The notes: generated by a model from the letters alone, not told the origin. A DNA stretch of 64,000 nt from the human T2T-CHM13v2.0 reference genome, Homo sapiens (GCF_009914755.1 NC_060925.1), one strand, 5' to 3'. Positions 1 to 21,994 are shown, counted from the stretch's first letter. Program-made: numbers and translations.

Positions 1-199
1 AGGTTGAGGCTGCAGTGAGCTGTGATTGCGCCACTGCACTCCAGCCCAGGTAACAGCGAGATCTTGTCTCAAAATAAAAAATAAATAAGTAAATAAAATG
101 TTAACATTGCTTATCACAAAATGATGGGGTTATGGGTTTTTTTCCCCTTCAGTTTCCAAATTTTCTGTAGCACACCTGTGCTATACTAAAATAGGCCAA

Positions 200-204
<5 letters not shown>

Positions 205-236
<32 letters not shown>
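205..236 (+). repeat. (TG)16 microsatellite at an Alu tail
   Basis: direct reading. Confidence 0.95.
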
Positions 237-1164
<928 letters not shown>

Positions 1165-1207
1165 TAGTCCTGGAGGTTGCAGTGACCTGAGATCCCCATA
1201 TTCTTGA

Positions 1208-1513
<306 letters not shown>

Positions 1514-3771
1514 TAGATATTTAGCTAGTGGGATTTGCGGGTGGGGAGGTATATCTCTGCTCCCAGGGAAGTCATAACCAGATAGCCTTAGAAATGCTCT
1601 GCTCTTGAAATCATGTGGAATTGGAGTCTGGGGAGATGAGGCCAGGAAGACAAGGGAACTGCCATTTAGTAATTACTTTAAGAAGTCCACATGTTTTGTT
1701 TCATTTAATCATGAAAGATAGGTGAATCTTATCCCCATCTACAAGGCAAGCAAATTGAGGTTTGAGAGTTGTCCGATACCTTGTAAGTAATAGATCAGGG
1801 TTTTACCCAGGTGTCTCCAACTCCGGAGCCCACGTGTTTTCCTTTGCCTAGTTCTGGCTGCCATTAATACCAGGCACTGTTTGGGTGTCAGTGATCCCTG
1901 ACCAGGGCGCCCTTTCTTTGATATTTTTAGATTGGTGACAGAACTATAGGAAACTCACGTCACCTATGCCTTTTCTACTAGTTACTAATTTGAGCCCAAC
2001 CTCTAGTTCCTTGTCTATCAGCAGAGAAGGACTGGTTCCCAGGGCCCCGCTCGTCTGAGTGTCAACTCCAGCACTGGCTTCCTCAGGCTCCCTCTTTAGA
2101 AGGACACTTTGGCGCCAGGTCCTGAGATTGTCTGTGGAGACCCAGTAACTGAGTCTTATCTGCCCTTGGTTTCCTCACTTGTGAAAGTGGGGCTCAGGTG
2201 TGAACAGTGGTTTCAGATTCTAGTCTGCAGAACCCTAGAAGTTCAGTGGTGGTGCTTCGGGGGTTGGCCCCTGGCTCAGGGGGGCCACCTTCTTTCCATT
2301 CTGCTTTCAAATAGAGCAGCTTGGCTTCTCGTTGTTTTACATGCCAGGCTGCTACACGAGGCTCCCTTTGAAGAAAGAGACTGTCCAACTTCATGCCCTC
2401 ATCTGTGCCCTGCCCTTTGCGTGGCGCTTGATGCCACAGAAGGTGTTTCCTAAATACTTGTTGAACTAAAACAAATCTGAATTTTAAAGTAGTATGATTG
2501 GTAGTTGAAATAATCCCAACTCATTGCCTGTTTATCAGTGGCTATGGTGTGCCAGCCGTGTGCCAGGTGCTGGGCATGCAGAGATGGGGTAGATCAGGCC
2601 GCTCCCCTCTGGGAGCCCAGACTAACCCTCTTGGAAGCTCTGAGTCACCTACTCAGATGATGTGGTGGACAAACACATGCGTAATGCAGGTGTTTATGTG
2701 ATGCACGCTTTGATTTCTCTGTGTGTGAAAATATGAGGCCTCCCCTGTTGTTTAAATGGAAGGGAAAGAGCTGGAGTGATCCTGAGCTGTGCTGGGTCAG
2801 GGAAAGAATGGTTCCTGCCTGGGCACTGTTTCTAACGGGCAGGTAACAAGAGCTTGTTGGCCTGCTGGCTCTCGCTTTTAAGTGTAGTCACATGCTTGAG
2901 AGCCAGCTTCCTCCGAGGGACATTCCAAAGGCCATGCCCAGGTGCCCATATAAGGGAGGAATATTGATGCATCTGGGGCAGAGGTGACCGGTGGACATAG
3001 CGGGAGGGGAGATGGGGGTGTTGTTGACTTGGTCATTTCCTTTCATGGCGCTGGCTGTGGGGGAAATTCACTGGGCAGGCCCTTGTCATGCTTCAGATGC
3101 TTTCGGAGTGTTCTCAGGGCTGGGGCCTGTCAGCCTCATAGTTCCCAGGAGTGTGCAGAGGGGCTAAACACCCGTCTGTGTTCCAGCCAGCTGAAGCACC
3201 TGTCTGGTGCGAGTTCTAGACAGGACAGTGGTGGGATCTCACTCAGTTGCTCCTGTATGGAGTAATTTGTTGGCCATCTGCCTGTTAAGGGCACTGGGAA
3301 AAAGCAGTGCAGTGATCCAAAGGTCTGCTCACGTAGCAAACATTTGTGCACCTGCTGGGTGCTGGGGTCAGATAGTGTGGCCCTCATGAGGCAGATGACA
3401 CAGACAGGTGAGCTGTACAGTTACCTTATGGTGAGGTGAGAGCTGAGATGGGAGAAGTGCAGGGTGCTGGGGCACACAGAGAAGGGGTCCGGGGTCCTGA
3501 CTCAGGTTAGAGGGGTGGTCAGAGAAGGCTTCCTGGGGGCAGTGCTGTCTAAGCTAGACCGGAGGCCAAGTGAGAATGAGCCACGCTGCCCCAAGGCAGT
3601 GTAGTGTGTCAGTTCTTCAGAGAGTGGGGAGGGGGTTTGGGCAGCAGGGAATGGAGCCAGAGGGCCGAGGAAGCTGGTGAGTTTGGGGATATGGTGAGGG
3701 AGACCGTGAGGCAGCGGGTGGCAAGAGGCCAACAGGGCCAGGGCAGGGAGGGCCTCAAGAAGTGACATAGA

Positions 3772-4138
<367 letters not shown>

Positions 4139-4504
4139 TCAAATCATAGCTCTGCCTTTTACTAACTCCGGAGCCATGTTAATAAAGAGGACCAAAGGAG
4201 AGAATGAATTTGAAAAGTGAAAGGAACAGTGCCTGGCATGTGGTAAGAACTTCGTAAATATTTGTTAAGAAAAAATAAACAAGGAAGGCAGTTAACATTT
4301 AAGTATTCATCTTCTACCAGCCGCCATTCACAGCATTTGTGTTTCAATTCGTTTGATCCTCACGATGTTCTCATGAAGTAGATAATGTAGTTATCTCCGT
4401 TTTGTGCTTAAGGAAACTAAGACCCAGAAAGGTTCTTTTGCTTGAGGCCACAGAGCTAGAAAGTGGTAAGAACCAGCTTCAAAACCAGGCAGTGTTGCTC
4501 CTGA

Positions 4505-4825
<321 letters not shown>

Positions 4826-5129
4826 TAAGTCCTTGAGGCACCCACCCTTTCTTTCTTCCTGGCTAGGAGGGAGGGAGGCACTTTGTGCAAGGTCACAGAA
4901 CGTTCCAGGCAGGGACATGCTTCAGAATTCATTGCTTTCCTCTTAATTTATATTTTATTTATTTATTTGATTTTTGAGACAGGGTTCTCTGTCACCCAGG
5001 CTGGAAGCTCATTACAGCCTCGACCTCCCTGGGCTCAGGTGATCCTCCCACCTGAGCCTCCTGAGCAGCTGGGACTGCAGGTGCATGCCATCAAGCCTGA
5101 CTTTTTTTTTTTTTTTTTATTTTCTAATT

Positions 5130-5378
5130 AAGGTTAAAGGCATATAATATAAAATTTACCACCTTAACCATTTTAAGCATATAATTCACTAGTAGGTATA
5201 TTTGCAACCAGTCTCAAGAGCTTTTTCATCTTGCAGAACTGAAGCTTGTATTATAGCCATTAAACAATAACTCCCTGTCCCACATGTCCCTTGCCCTGGC
5301 CACCACCATTCTACTTTCTGTCCCTATGAATTTGACTATTCTAGACGTCTCACGTAAGTGGAATCATACAGTATTTGT
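5130..5378 (-). mobile_element. Old L1M 3' fragment
   Basis: motifs AAAATTTACC...CATTAAACAATAACTCC...CTACTTTCTGTC...GTGGAATCATACAGTATTTG typical of antisense L1MB/MC 3' ends. Confidence 0.7.
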
Positions 5379-6444
5379 TTTTTTTTCTCCATTCATAAAA
5401 CTTTTATTCCACTTACATGAATTTAATACACGTGTTCTTAACAATTGTGCTTGTATTGTTCATGAAAATTTCGTAAGACATTAAACAAAGCTAGCCATCA
5501 TCTCAAGTTATTTCCCTGTTAACTATTTTTACAGTGCATGCATGTTAGGCAAGCATCAAAAAAAAATCACAAAAGCAAAGAATCTAAAAATATGCCGGGC
5601 ATGGTGGCTCACACCTGTAATCCCAGCACTTTGGGAGGCCGAGGCAGGTGGATCACGAGGTCAGGAGATCGAGACCATCCTGTCTAACACAGTGAAACCC
5701 CATCTCTACTAAAAATACAAAAAATTAGCCGGGTGAGGTGGCGGGCGCCTGTAGTCCCAGCTACTTGGGAGGCTAGGGCAGGAGAATGGTGTGAACCCCG
5801 GGGGGCGGAGCCTGCAGTGAGCCGAGATCGGGCCACTGCACTCCAGCCTGGGCGACAGTGAGACTCCATCTCAAAAAAAAAAAAAAAATCTAAAAATAAG
5901 TTAAATACGTGTTTTTTTTGTTTTGTTTTACTGCTAGCTTGATATACATGAAGTATTCATTTTTCCTGCATCTTTACTTTTACATTTGTTCTTAGGTTGC
6001 CTGAAACATTTTAAATACAAATAAAATGAGTGTAGCAAAAATAATGAAAGCTAACAGCAGATAACTTTACAAATAATGGAGTGTGAACCATTTCTGCCCT
6101 TATCCAGATTAAAATGGGTCACAACTTTGTTTAAAGGAACACTTCCACAGCTGTAGTCAAAGGTGTGCACATTGAGATTGAGTATTCCACAGACACACAT
6201 GGTTTAACATGTGATAACCATGGGGTATCTGTTTCTACCACAGCCTTGTAAGTGCTCCAAACCTTAAAGTACCCACATTTACTATACCTGTGACTGGAAC
6301 CAATGATCCTTTTTATTCCCCACCAGGACAAACCAATATGTAGGCAGTTTTCTTTGCTTTGACATGGAAGCAGTTTTAACACTGGCCCTTGTGAAGCCAC
6401 AATGTACCTAAAGTACTAGGCCAAACATTTATAACTTGTATAAT
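5379..6444 (-). pseudogene. Processed 3'UTR retrocopy, most likely of HNRNPA3, interrupted by an AluY
   Basis: T-tract at ~5378-5386 followed by TTTATT (minus-strand AATAAA) and ~750 bp AT-rich non-repeat sequence that I recall as HNRNPA3 3'UTR; the identity is from memory. Confidence 0.6.
5594..5888 (+). mobile_element. AluY (Ye/Yf-like) with TSD AATCTAAAAATA (5581-5592 / 5887-5898)
   Basis: AACCCCGGGGGGCGGAGCCTGCAG and GGGTGAGGTGGC variants; TSD visible. Confidence 0.85.
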
Positions 6445-6507
6445 GACCAGGCACGGTGGCTCACGCCTGTAATCCCAGCACTTTGGGAGGCCAAGGCAGG
6501 CAGATCA

Positions 6508-6777
<270 letters not shown>

Positions 6778-7551
6778 CTAGGCACACAGTGGTAGCCTGG
6801 GGAATAGGCACTGTGCCTAGAGTCTTGACCCTGATGAACTGTAACCTCAGGTGTGGTCCTCTACTCCTCTGAACTATCATTTCTTCATCCTCACCTGGGA
6901 GGTATGACCCCCTACTTAGGTGAGCTAGTGGGCTTCCTGTCTCACTGGGTGCAGGTAAGGTCATTGTAGTTCTGCTCTAGTGATATGGCTGGGAAACTTC
7001 AACTCAGAATGAGAAACACTGTGTTTAGCACAGGTTGAAAGCTCTGAGACTCAGAGCAGATGAGTCTGCTGAGCAGAGCTATTCTCAAGAAGCAGAAATG
7101 GTGGGGTGCAGTGGTTCACACCTGTAATCTCAGCACTGGGAGGCTGAGGCAGGAGAATTGCTTGAGCCCAGGAGTTTGAGACCAGCCTGAGCAACATGGC
7201 AAGACCCCATCTCTACCAAAAATTTAAAAATTAGCTGGGCGTGGTCGCAGCTATAGTCTATATATAGGTGGTACCTATAGTCTAAGCTACTTGGGAGGCT
7301 GAGGTGGGAGGATCATTGAGCCCTGATGGTCGAGGCTGCAGTGAGCTATATTCATGCCACACGCTACTGCACTCCAGCTTGGGCGAGAAAGCAAAATCCC
7401 ATATCAAAAAAAACAAACAACAACAACAACAACAAAAAACCCCACCAGAATACATGAAAGGGGTGTGATAGGTAAGAATGAGAAAGTAGGCTGGGCATGG
7501 TGGCTCATGCCTGTAATCCCAGCACTTTGGGAGGTTGAAGCAGGCAAATCA

Positions 7552-7839
<288 letters not shown>

Positions 7840-8273
7840 TCACAAGGTGGAGCTTCATGTGTAAGGAGGAGCGTGATGGGAGAAAAGCAGCGAAACATGC
7901 CCTGTGTAGGAAACACTGGGGTCATTTAGACTGAGGAAGACACTCTGGGGGTTAGTCGGTGTTTCAGGTAGGCCTGAATTAAACTTTGGAGACAGACAGA
8001 CAGTCTCTATAAGTGTTGCTGAGGGTGGCTGTGTGATTCAAGGGGCAGACAGCACGCAGTGAGCCTCTTGTAGATTGATCTGAAATGATGAACCAGGGGC
8101 ATGTCAGAGGTTTGGGCCTGGGGGTGTTTATTCATTTTAATAAACAGTGCCTACTCTTTGTCTCTCAGCACTGTCTGGGCACTGGCAACATTGCACTGAA
8201 TAGGGCTTTGGCCTTCCAGGCTGGTATCTGCGTTGTGAAAGTAATTCAGGTCAGATACTGGTGGCTTTGCTGA

Positions 8274-8585
<312 letters not shown>

Positions 8586-8880
8586 TAGATGAACTTTTTG
8601 AAGGATGTAAGAGCTTTTGGGGGCTGGCGGAGGTGGTTTTCAGAAACGTGGATCACCAAGAATGAGGACCCTGCTGTTCCTCATACAGCTCTGAGTGGCC
8701 ACTGACCTCTCTTCACTAATTAAGGAAGACAGTATGTGCTGTGTTCTTCCTTGGGATATTGCCAGAGAGGAATTCCTGCATTTGCTGTGTGTCTCTGACC
8801 TATCAGTCAGGGACCGACACTCTGAGTTTTCTGAGAGGCAGCTGCATTCTTGTTTGGGGCCAGATGCTCAATTTGCTTCA

Positions 8881-9174
<294 letters not shown>

Positions 9175-9361
9175 TCAAAAAAAAAAAAAAAAAAGAATCA
9201 ATCAGTGCAGAACAGATGACTTTAGGGTGATATCCGGGAAAGAAGCTCAAAAGAGCAGTGAAGAAAGTGGGTTCTTATTGACAACTCCCAGCTGTTAACT
9301 TTTTATATGTGGAAGAAGAAAGGGTAGCAGATGGGCAGCATTCCCAGCCACTGTGCTGTGA

Positions 9362-9559
<198 letters not shown>

Positions 9560-9964
9560 TAAGAGGGAGGTGCCCTCCTAGGAGGTCCAAACTGGAAGGC
9601 ACCAGGTTTCCATTTCTGGATAATCTAGGCCAGGGTCCCTGGGCCCCATCCTTGCTCTGCTTAAGTATTACTACCTTTCAGATGGGCTCAACCAAATCCT
9701 CTGGCCTCTTGGCTTTCCTCTGGAGTCTGGTTACTATACCTATTTATCAGTACCCTGCAGATGTCCCAGGGATGGTCTGTAAAAGATAGGAGGGATGCTC
9801 AAAAGTTGGTGGGGGAGGTTCTCAATCTCAGCCCAGTGCCAGCATGTGTACTGGGGGTGGGGAGTTGTGGCGGAGTCAGAGGTGTATTTTATTTCCCTTG
9901 AAGAAACACTTTGCCTTGGCTTGGTGGACTGGTTATAACTATACCAACATGTACAGTATTGTAG

Positions 9965-10258
<294 letters not shown>

Positions 10259-10524
10259 TGATCCGCCCACCTTAGCCTCCCAAAGTGCTGGGATTACGGG
10301 CATGAGCCACTGTGCCCCGCCTGGTATATCATCTTTAAAGTAGAATTACAAGTAATTCTGTTTTTATAAAAGCAATAGATATATGTGTTTAAAAACACTC
10401 ATTTCTGCCAGGCACGGTGGCTCATGCCTGTAATCCTAGCACTTTGGGAAGCTGAGGCGGGCAGATCAGGAGGTCAAGAGATCGAGACCAGCCTGACCAA
10501 CATGGTGAAACCCTGTCTCTACTA

Positions 10525-10680
<156 letters not shown>

Positions 10681-10752
10681 CTATATCCAAAAACAAAACA
10701 AAACAAAACACTCATTTCCAGGCAATCTGGAAGGATAGGAAATGGGAAGTAA

Positions 10753-11581
<829 letters not shown>

Positions 11582-11649
11582 TAACTGGTTCTTACTGGTG
11601 ACTTACAACTCTTAGCTATTTACTTATTTATTTAGAGACTGGGTTATGA

Positions 11650-11811
<162 letters not shown>

Positions 11812-12041
11812 TGAAATGAAAGACAAAAGGGTAACAAACGGCATGGTGGTGCACACCTATAGGCTGAGAGAGGATCCCTTGAGAGTAGGAATTTGAAACC
11901 ACCTTGGGCGACGTAGCAAAACGCCATCTCCAAAAAAATAAAGGGTAGGCCGGGCGCGGTGGCTCACGCCTGTAATCCCAGCACTTTGGGAGGCCGATGT
12001 GGGCGGATCACGAGGTCAGGAGATCGAGACCATCCTGGCTA

Positions 12042-12626
<585 letters not shown>

Positions 12627-13251
12627 TGACTGACACTAGGCAGCGTGACTTTGTTAGCTTCCTTGACCCTTCTGGTAATCCAATTTCCTGGCCAGTGTGA
12701 TGGTGTGATAAATAGACTTGTTGAGAGGATGAAATCTGTCAAAAACACCTGACACGTGGTAGGTGTCTACAAGAAGCTATTGTCACATTTTATCGGTAGA
12801 ACCCCAGGATGTCAGAGCCAGGAGGGATGTTCTAGTGATGCCCACTCCTTTTATAAACAATGCCCCAGGAGGACACAGCTTGTCAGAGTATAGGTCCCAG
12901 ATTTAGGTTTCTTGACCTCAGGGTTCCTTTCCTGCCAGGGCACCAAAATGAGGCACTATATAGGCTTAACAAGAGGCAGTCTAGGGCACGTTTAAGCATT
13001 TCTGCTTGTATATGCATAAAATATCTTTGGCACGCTCACTGCCAAGTAACCCCCACACGTTGGTCTGGGAAACTTGGTGGTGAGAGAGCAGAATAGTGGG
13101 GGACATTACACTGTGTATGTGTTTGTGCCTTTGGCTGTTGAGCCATGTGAATATATTGCCTATTCTTTTTTTTCCCTCACTCTGTCGCCCAGGCTGGAGT
13201 GCAGTGGTGCTATCTTGGCTCACTGCAACCTCCGCCTCCAGGTTCAAGTGA

Positions 13252-13722
<471 letters not shown>

Positions 13723-13885
13723 TGATGTTTGAGACATTTTGTCTCGTGCTGAGGAGTCTGTCAGTAGAAAATCCTTCTGAGAAGGGGATGCTGAGAAGAG
13801 CAGAGAGGCTCTTGCTCTTTAGCCAGTGGCTTGGTTTCTGGGGATTTCATCGTTTTCCTCTGCTGCCAAGTTGTTTCTGGACTAA

Positions 13886-14240
<355 letters not shown>

Positions 14241-15517
14241 TAAGAGTCCAAGACTGCAGATAGGTGGAGAGAGCTGCCGAGACGAGGGTGCTCCACCCCT
14301 GCCTTGGGCAGTTAGGACACGCCTTGATGGCAGGGCTGAGTCTCTGGGCTCCCATCCAGAGCCCTTTCCCTGGCCACCAGACCATGTTAGAACCACATAG
14401 ACAGCCTGGTGAGGAGGGCGGCTGGGTGCTTCATCACCCGACCTGGTCTGTGCAGCACGATTCCCTGTGTTGGAGGTCTTGGCCCATGCCCTGCTGAGCT
14501 CTGCAGCCATTCTCAGAGCCTGAACACATTTTTCAAAACAACATTCCAGCCAGGAGCAGTGACTCACACCTGTGATCTCAACACTGTGGGAGACCAAGGC
14601 AGGAGGACTGCTTGAGGCCAGGAGTCCAGCCCAGATAACATAGTGAGATCCCATCTCTACAAGAATTTTAAAAATCAGCTGGGTGTGGTGGCACACACCT
14701 GTAGTTCCAGCTACTTGGGAGGCTGAGGCAGGAGGATCACTGGAGCCCAGGAGTTCAGGGTTCCAGTGAGCTGTGATCGCACCACTGCACTCCAGCCTGG
14801 GCAACAGAGTGAGACCCTGTCACTAAAGAATAATATGAAAACACCTTGCTTCTATCACACAGAATTGACTTTCTCAGTTGTTTATGTTAAGTTAAAATTT
14901 TAAAAAGTTCAGTTCCCTTTTGATTCTTTTGCACTTGTCCCAGTGTCACTCTGCCCTGAGGCACCATAATCATGAATTTACATTGTTCTATCACCCAAAC
15001 AGTACTTTTTACATAAATGCTGAGGAATATGTCAGGTTTTTACATGCTTCAGATGTACAGATGTGGCATCACACTGTCTGTCACTGTACCTGGCTTTGCT
15101 TTCTCAACATCGTTTTTCCCTCTATCCTTGTTAGTATGTGTAGTTTGTTTATGAATCGGAACTGCTGTAGTATATTCCATTGTGAATATGCCTCATTTTC
15201 CTATGGATGGAATTTTAGATTTTTTTTTTGCTATTGGAAACCCTACTGCAGTGGACATTTGTTCATGTGTCCCCTTGTGCACCTTTTTAAGAGTCTTCCT
15301 GGGGTGAGTTCCTAGGGGTGTGGCAATTCTGTTTTAGGGTACACGCGTTTCCAGTTTTAGTCAGTTTTCTTGATGCTCTTCAGAACAGCCGTACCCATTC
15401 ATTGCATGACCAGTACTGTCCATAGGCCTTCCATTTCATCAGCCCTCACCAGAACTTCAGACCTGGTCATTTTTGCCAGGCCTTGGTAGAAAATAGTGCC
15501 TTTAAAAATTTCATTTA

Positions 15518-15859
<342 letters not shown>

Positions 15860-15891
15860 TTAATTGGCAGAATTTGTTTAAACCCCCTTAA

Positions 15892-16299
<408 letters not shown>

Positions 16300-16644
16300 T
16301 AGAGTCCAGAAGAAAGCAGACCTCCTCCTCTTAGGGACTTCTCAGCCTTTCAGAAGAAAGTTGTGGCCCTGTTTCAAGAATACAGAGCTGCCGTTTGGGT
16401 TCCATTGTCGGGTTGTGTGATGCTGGGCATGTTCCCTTTCCTCTGGACCTCCACAGATCATGTGGGCGTTTGATCAGCCAGTTTCCCAGACCCTCTCACT
16501 TCAGAGGCTTTAATTCCATAGAGGAGCTGAGGAGGCTGCTGGTTTGAGAGGAAGGATGTGCCATCTGCTAGGATCTCTCCTGGTGCTGCAGGAGTGAACT
16601 TTGGTCTTCCTTGATACTTAACAGTGTGCTTCCTTTTGCTGTAG

Positions 16645-17065
<421 letters not shown>

Positions 17066-17818
17066 TAGTGCCCATGGGGAACTGGGCAGCTGTGGCCCTG
17101 GGCTGCCCAAAGATCAGATGCGGAGGCCAAGCTAAAGAAATCAGGACTTTCCTTATCTGTCACTTTTCATGATGATTCAACTCGATACCTTCAGGTTCTG
17201 GGTACATGTTCTGAACTCATTCTTGTTTGCTTTTTGAGACAGAGTCGCACTCCGTAACCCAGGCTGGAGTGCAGTGGCATGATCTTGGCTCACTGCAACC
17301 TCTGCCACCGAGGTTCAAGCGATTCTTCTGCTCCAGCGTCCCGAGTAGCTGCGACTACAGGCGTGACCACCACACCTGGCTAATTTTTTTGTATTTTTAG
17401 TAGAGATGGGGTTTTGCCACGTTGGCCAGGCTGGTCTCTAACTCCTGACCTCAAGTGATCTATCTGCCTTGGCCTTCCAAAGTGCTAGGATTACAGGCAT
17501 GAGCCACCGGCCCTGGCCTTGTGAACTCATTCTGTACACAGGGTTGGGGAGCCCATCTTGTTCTACTACATGGGTCTACCCTAGGCTGAGAATTGGGCCT
17601 GCTCCTTTAAGTCCACGTGAGGCATAAGTGTTAGCAGTATGGCATCTGAGTCCACACTTGCCTGGGAGAGCTGGCCTCAAGTGAGGCATGCTCAGTCTCA
17701 CGGGCCAACTTGACTGGGGTGTGGTTCCCAGGCAAAGCTGTTCAGCATCCCTGGCAGTAGCTGGTAGAGCCCTGTCTCCAAGGCTTGGTGCCGCTGTGGT
17801 GCAGGGCTGAGCTGATAA

Positions 17819-18142
<324 letters not shown>

Positions 18143-18539
18143 TAAAACGGGGGTTCCCTAAGGTCAGCAGCTGTGGTGGTGTGCCCCACCACACAGTACA
18201 CCACAGACAGAATTTTTGCTACTGATTGACCTGGATTTGTTCTAAGCAGTGATATTTGTGAAATGACAGATGCTAGTATTTTTCTCTAATACACATTAAA
18301 AGTAAGTATGTAACTATTAAAAATAGACGACTTTAAAAATAACCACCTACATACGACTATTTTAAAGTTCAGATTTTAAAAACATTCATCTCTAAACCAC
18401 TTGAGTTGTCACATGTACTGCCCTCTGTACACATCCCACACTCGGGGAAGCTGCCAGGCGGGTCAGGATGGCTCCTGCTCACATTTTGCACGTCCCGTGG
18501 TGCTCACCTGAGGGTCTCCTCTGCTACATCTGAAGCTAG

Positions 18540-19082
<543 letters not shown>

Positions 19083-19174
19083 TGAAGGCTCCTTGGCTGG
19101 GGCCCTTCAGATGGCCCTGGTAGGGATGGGCCCCAGAGGAGGGTGGGCCACAGAGAGGCTGCACTCCAGGCTGA

Positions 19175-19387
<213 letters not shown>

Positions 19388-19897
19388 TGAGTGGCCCTGT
19401 CGGACCCCAGCAGGGGACTTCCTTTAGGCAGGGTCAGCCCCATCTCCCTTCCCCATCTCTCTTCCCACGTGGCCTGGAAGCCACTGGGTCCTAAGCATCG
19501 TAGACCCTGGGCCTTCAGGTGTGCAGGGCCAGCTTTGAGGCCAGTCATGGGGAGAGGGGTCTCCCAGGGACACTTTGCGTCTTGGGCTGGGACGGGGTAG
19601 GCCTCTGGGCCCCTTGGTGAGGAAGAAATGGGAAGGCAAGAGATATTCCTAGTAGGAGTTTTAGAGGTTGCCTTGAAGAGCTTGGGCTGTGGATGTAGTT
19701 TTGAAGTTTTTGAACCCAGCCTGATCTTCGTGCACATCTTAGGTCAGGTGGGAATCTATTGCCTAATCTGGGGTGGTGGGGATGAATATCCTCGCTTCCT
19801 TTTTTTTATTGTGTGTGGCAGACCCTTTGCTCTAGACATTTTGCACCTAATTATTTCTCTGACTCTTGGAGGTAGATGTTGTCTTATAGCCATCTCC

Positions 19898-21382
19898 TTT
19901 TTCTTTCTTTCTTTTTTTTTTAATTGATCATTCTTGGGTGTTTTGGCAGGGTCATAGGACAATAGTGGAGGGAGGGTCAGCAGATAAACAAGTGAACAAA
20001 GGTCTCTGGTTTTCCTAGGCAGAGGACCCTGGGGCCTTCCGCAGTGTTTGTGTCCCTGGGTACTTGAGATTAGGGAGTGGTGATGACTCTTGACAAGCAT
20101 GCTGCCTTCAAGCATCTGTTTAACAAAGCACACCTTGCACCGCCCTTAATCCATTTAACCCTGAGTGGACACAGCACATGTTTCAGAGAGCACCAGGTTG
20201 GGGGTAAGGTCATAGATCAACAGCATCCCAAGGCAGAAGAATTTTTCTTAGTACAGAACAAAATGGAGTCTCCTATGTCTACTTCTTTCTACACAGACAC
20301 AGCAACAATCTGATTTCTCTATCTTTTCCCCACATTTCCCCCTTTTCTATTCGACAAAACCGCCATCGTCACCATGGCCCGTTCTCAATGAGCTGTTGGG
20401 TACACCTCCCAGACGGGGTGGTGGCCGGGCAGAGGGGCTCCTCACTTCCCAGAAGGGGTGGTTGGGCAGAGGCGCCCCCCACCTCCCGGATGGGGCGGCG
20501 GCCGGGCGGAGGCGCCCCCACCTCCCTCCCAGACGGGGTGGCTGGCCGGGCGGGGGCTGACCCCCCCACCTCCCTCCCGGACGGGGCGGTTGGCCGGGCG
20601 GGGGCTGACCCCCCACCTCCCGGATGGGGCGGCTGCTAGGCGGAGACGCTTACTTCCCAGACGGGGGTGGCTGCCTGGCGGAGGGGCTCCTCACTTCTCA
20701 GACGGGGCGGCTGCCGGGCAGAGACGCTCCTCACCTCCCAGACGGGGTTGTGGCTGGGCAGAGGCGCTCCTCACATCCCAGACGGGGTGGTGGGGCAGAG
20801 GCGCTCCCCACTTCCTAGATGGGATGGCGGCCGGGAAGAGGTGCTCCTCACTTCCCAGAGTGGGCAGCCGGGCAGAGGGGCTCCTCACATCCCAGACGAT
20901 GGGCGGCCAGGCAGAGACGCTCCTCACTTCTCAGACGGGGTGGCGGCCGGGCAGAGGCTGCAATCTCGGCACTTTGGGAGGCCAAGGCAGGCGGCTGGGA
21001 GGTGGAGGTTGTAGCGAGCCGAGATCATGCCACTGCCTGGGCAACATTGAGCACTGAGTGAACGAGACTCCATCTGCAATCCCGGCACCTCGGGAGGCCG
21101 AGGCTGGCAGATCACTGCCGGTTAGGAGCTGGAGACCAGCGCGGCCAACACAGCGAAACCCCATCTCCACCAAAAAAATACGAAAACCAGTCAGGCGTGG
21201 CGGCGCGCGCCTGCAGTCGCAGGCACTGGGCAGGTTGAGGCAGGAGAATCAGGCAGGGAGGTTGCAGTGAGCAGAGATGGCGGCAGTACAGTCCAGCTTC
21301 GGCTCGGCATCAGAGGGAGACCGTGGAAAGAGAGGGAGAGGGAGACCGTGGGGAGAGGGAGAGGGAGCGGGAGAGGGAGAGG
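19898..21382 (-). mobile_element. Full-length SVA (older, B/C-like) antisense in MFN2 intron 17; 15-bp TSD GCCATCTCCTTTTTC (19889-19903 / 21383-21397)
   Basis: poly(T), SINE-R (CAAGTGAACAAAGGTCTCTGG...), GC-rich VNTR, Alu-like domain and (AGAGGG)n hexamer in reverse order. Confidence 0.95.
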
Positions 21383-21668
21383 GCCATCTCCTTTTTCAAA
21401 ATCAAGAAACTGAGATTTGAAAAATAGTGACGTGTCCTCTGCTACTCGGCTGATGAGCAGCAGAGTCAGGATCTCTTGTGCCCAAACCAGGGTGCACAGC
21501 TCTGTGCTGTTGCTTCTCAGGCCGTGGTGATGCTGAGTGTGTTTGGTTGTTATGATTATTCAGTCTCAGCAGGGTGTAGGAGATTCTGCCAAACCAGGCC
21601 TGGCTCAGGGCAGAGCTGCTGGCAGGGATATAGACAGGCCCAGCTGCTCCCTACTGTGGGTGGGCTAA

Positions 21669-21863
<195 letters not shown>

Positions 21864-21994
21864 TGAGGCTGGCCCGTGTGGCCAAAGGTTAGGGCTCCAG
21901 GGTGCAGCCCAGGCACACTGGGGCTCAGCTGCTGGGCTTGCGTCTTGGGTGTGGACACAAATTTTTCTGGTGGGGATTTAGCTCATTCGTGTTA

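Noticed and set aside
20400-20950. Regularly spaced ~40-bp repeats resembling a CRISPR-like array
   Set aside because: SVA VNTR: tandem degenerate units without unique spacers, in human DNA
20347-21270. Multiple overlapping Gly/Arg/Pro-rich ORFs (also 54907-56079, up to 305 aa)
   Set aside because: Translation of SVA VNTR and Alu-like domains
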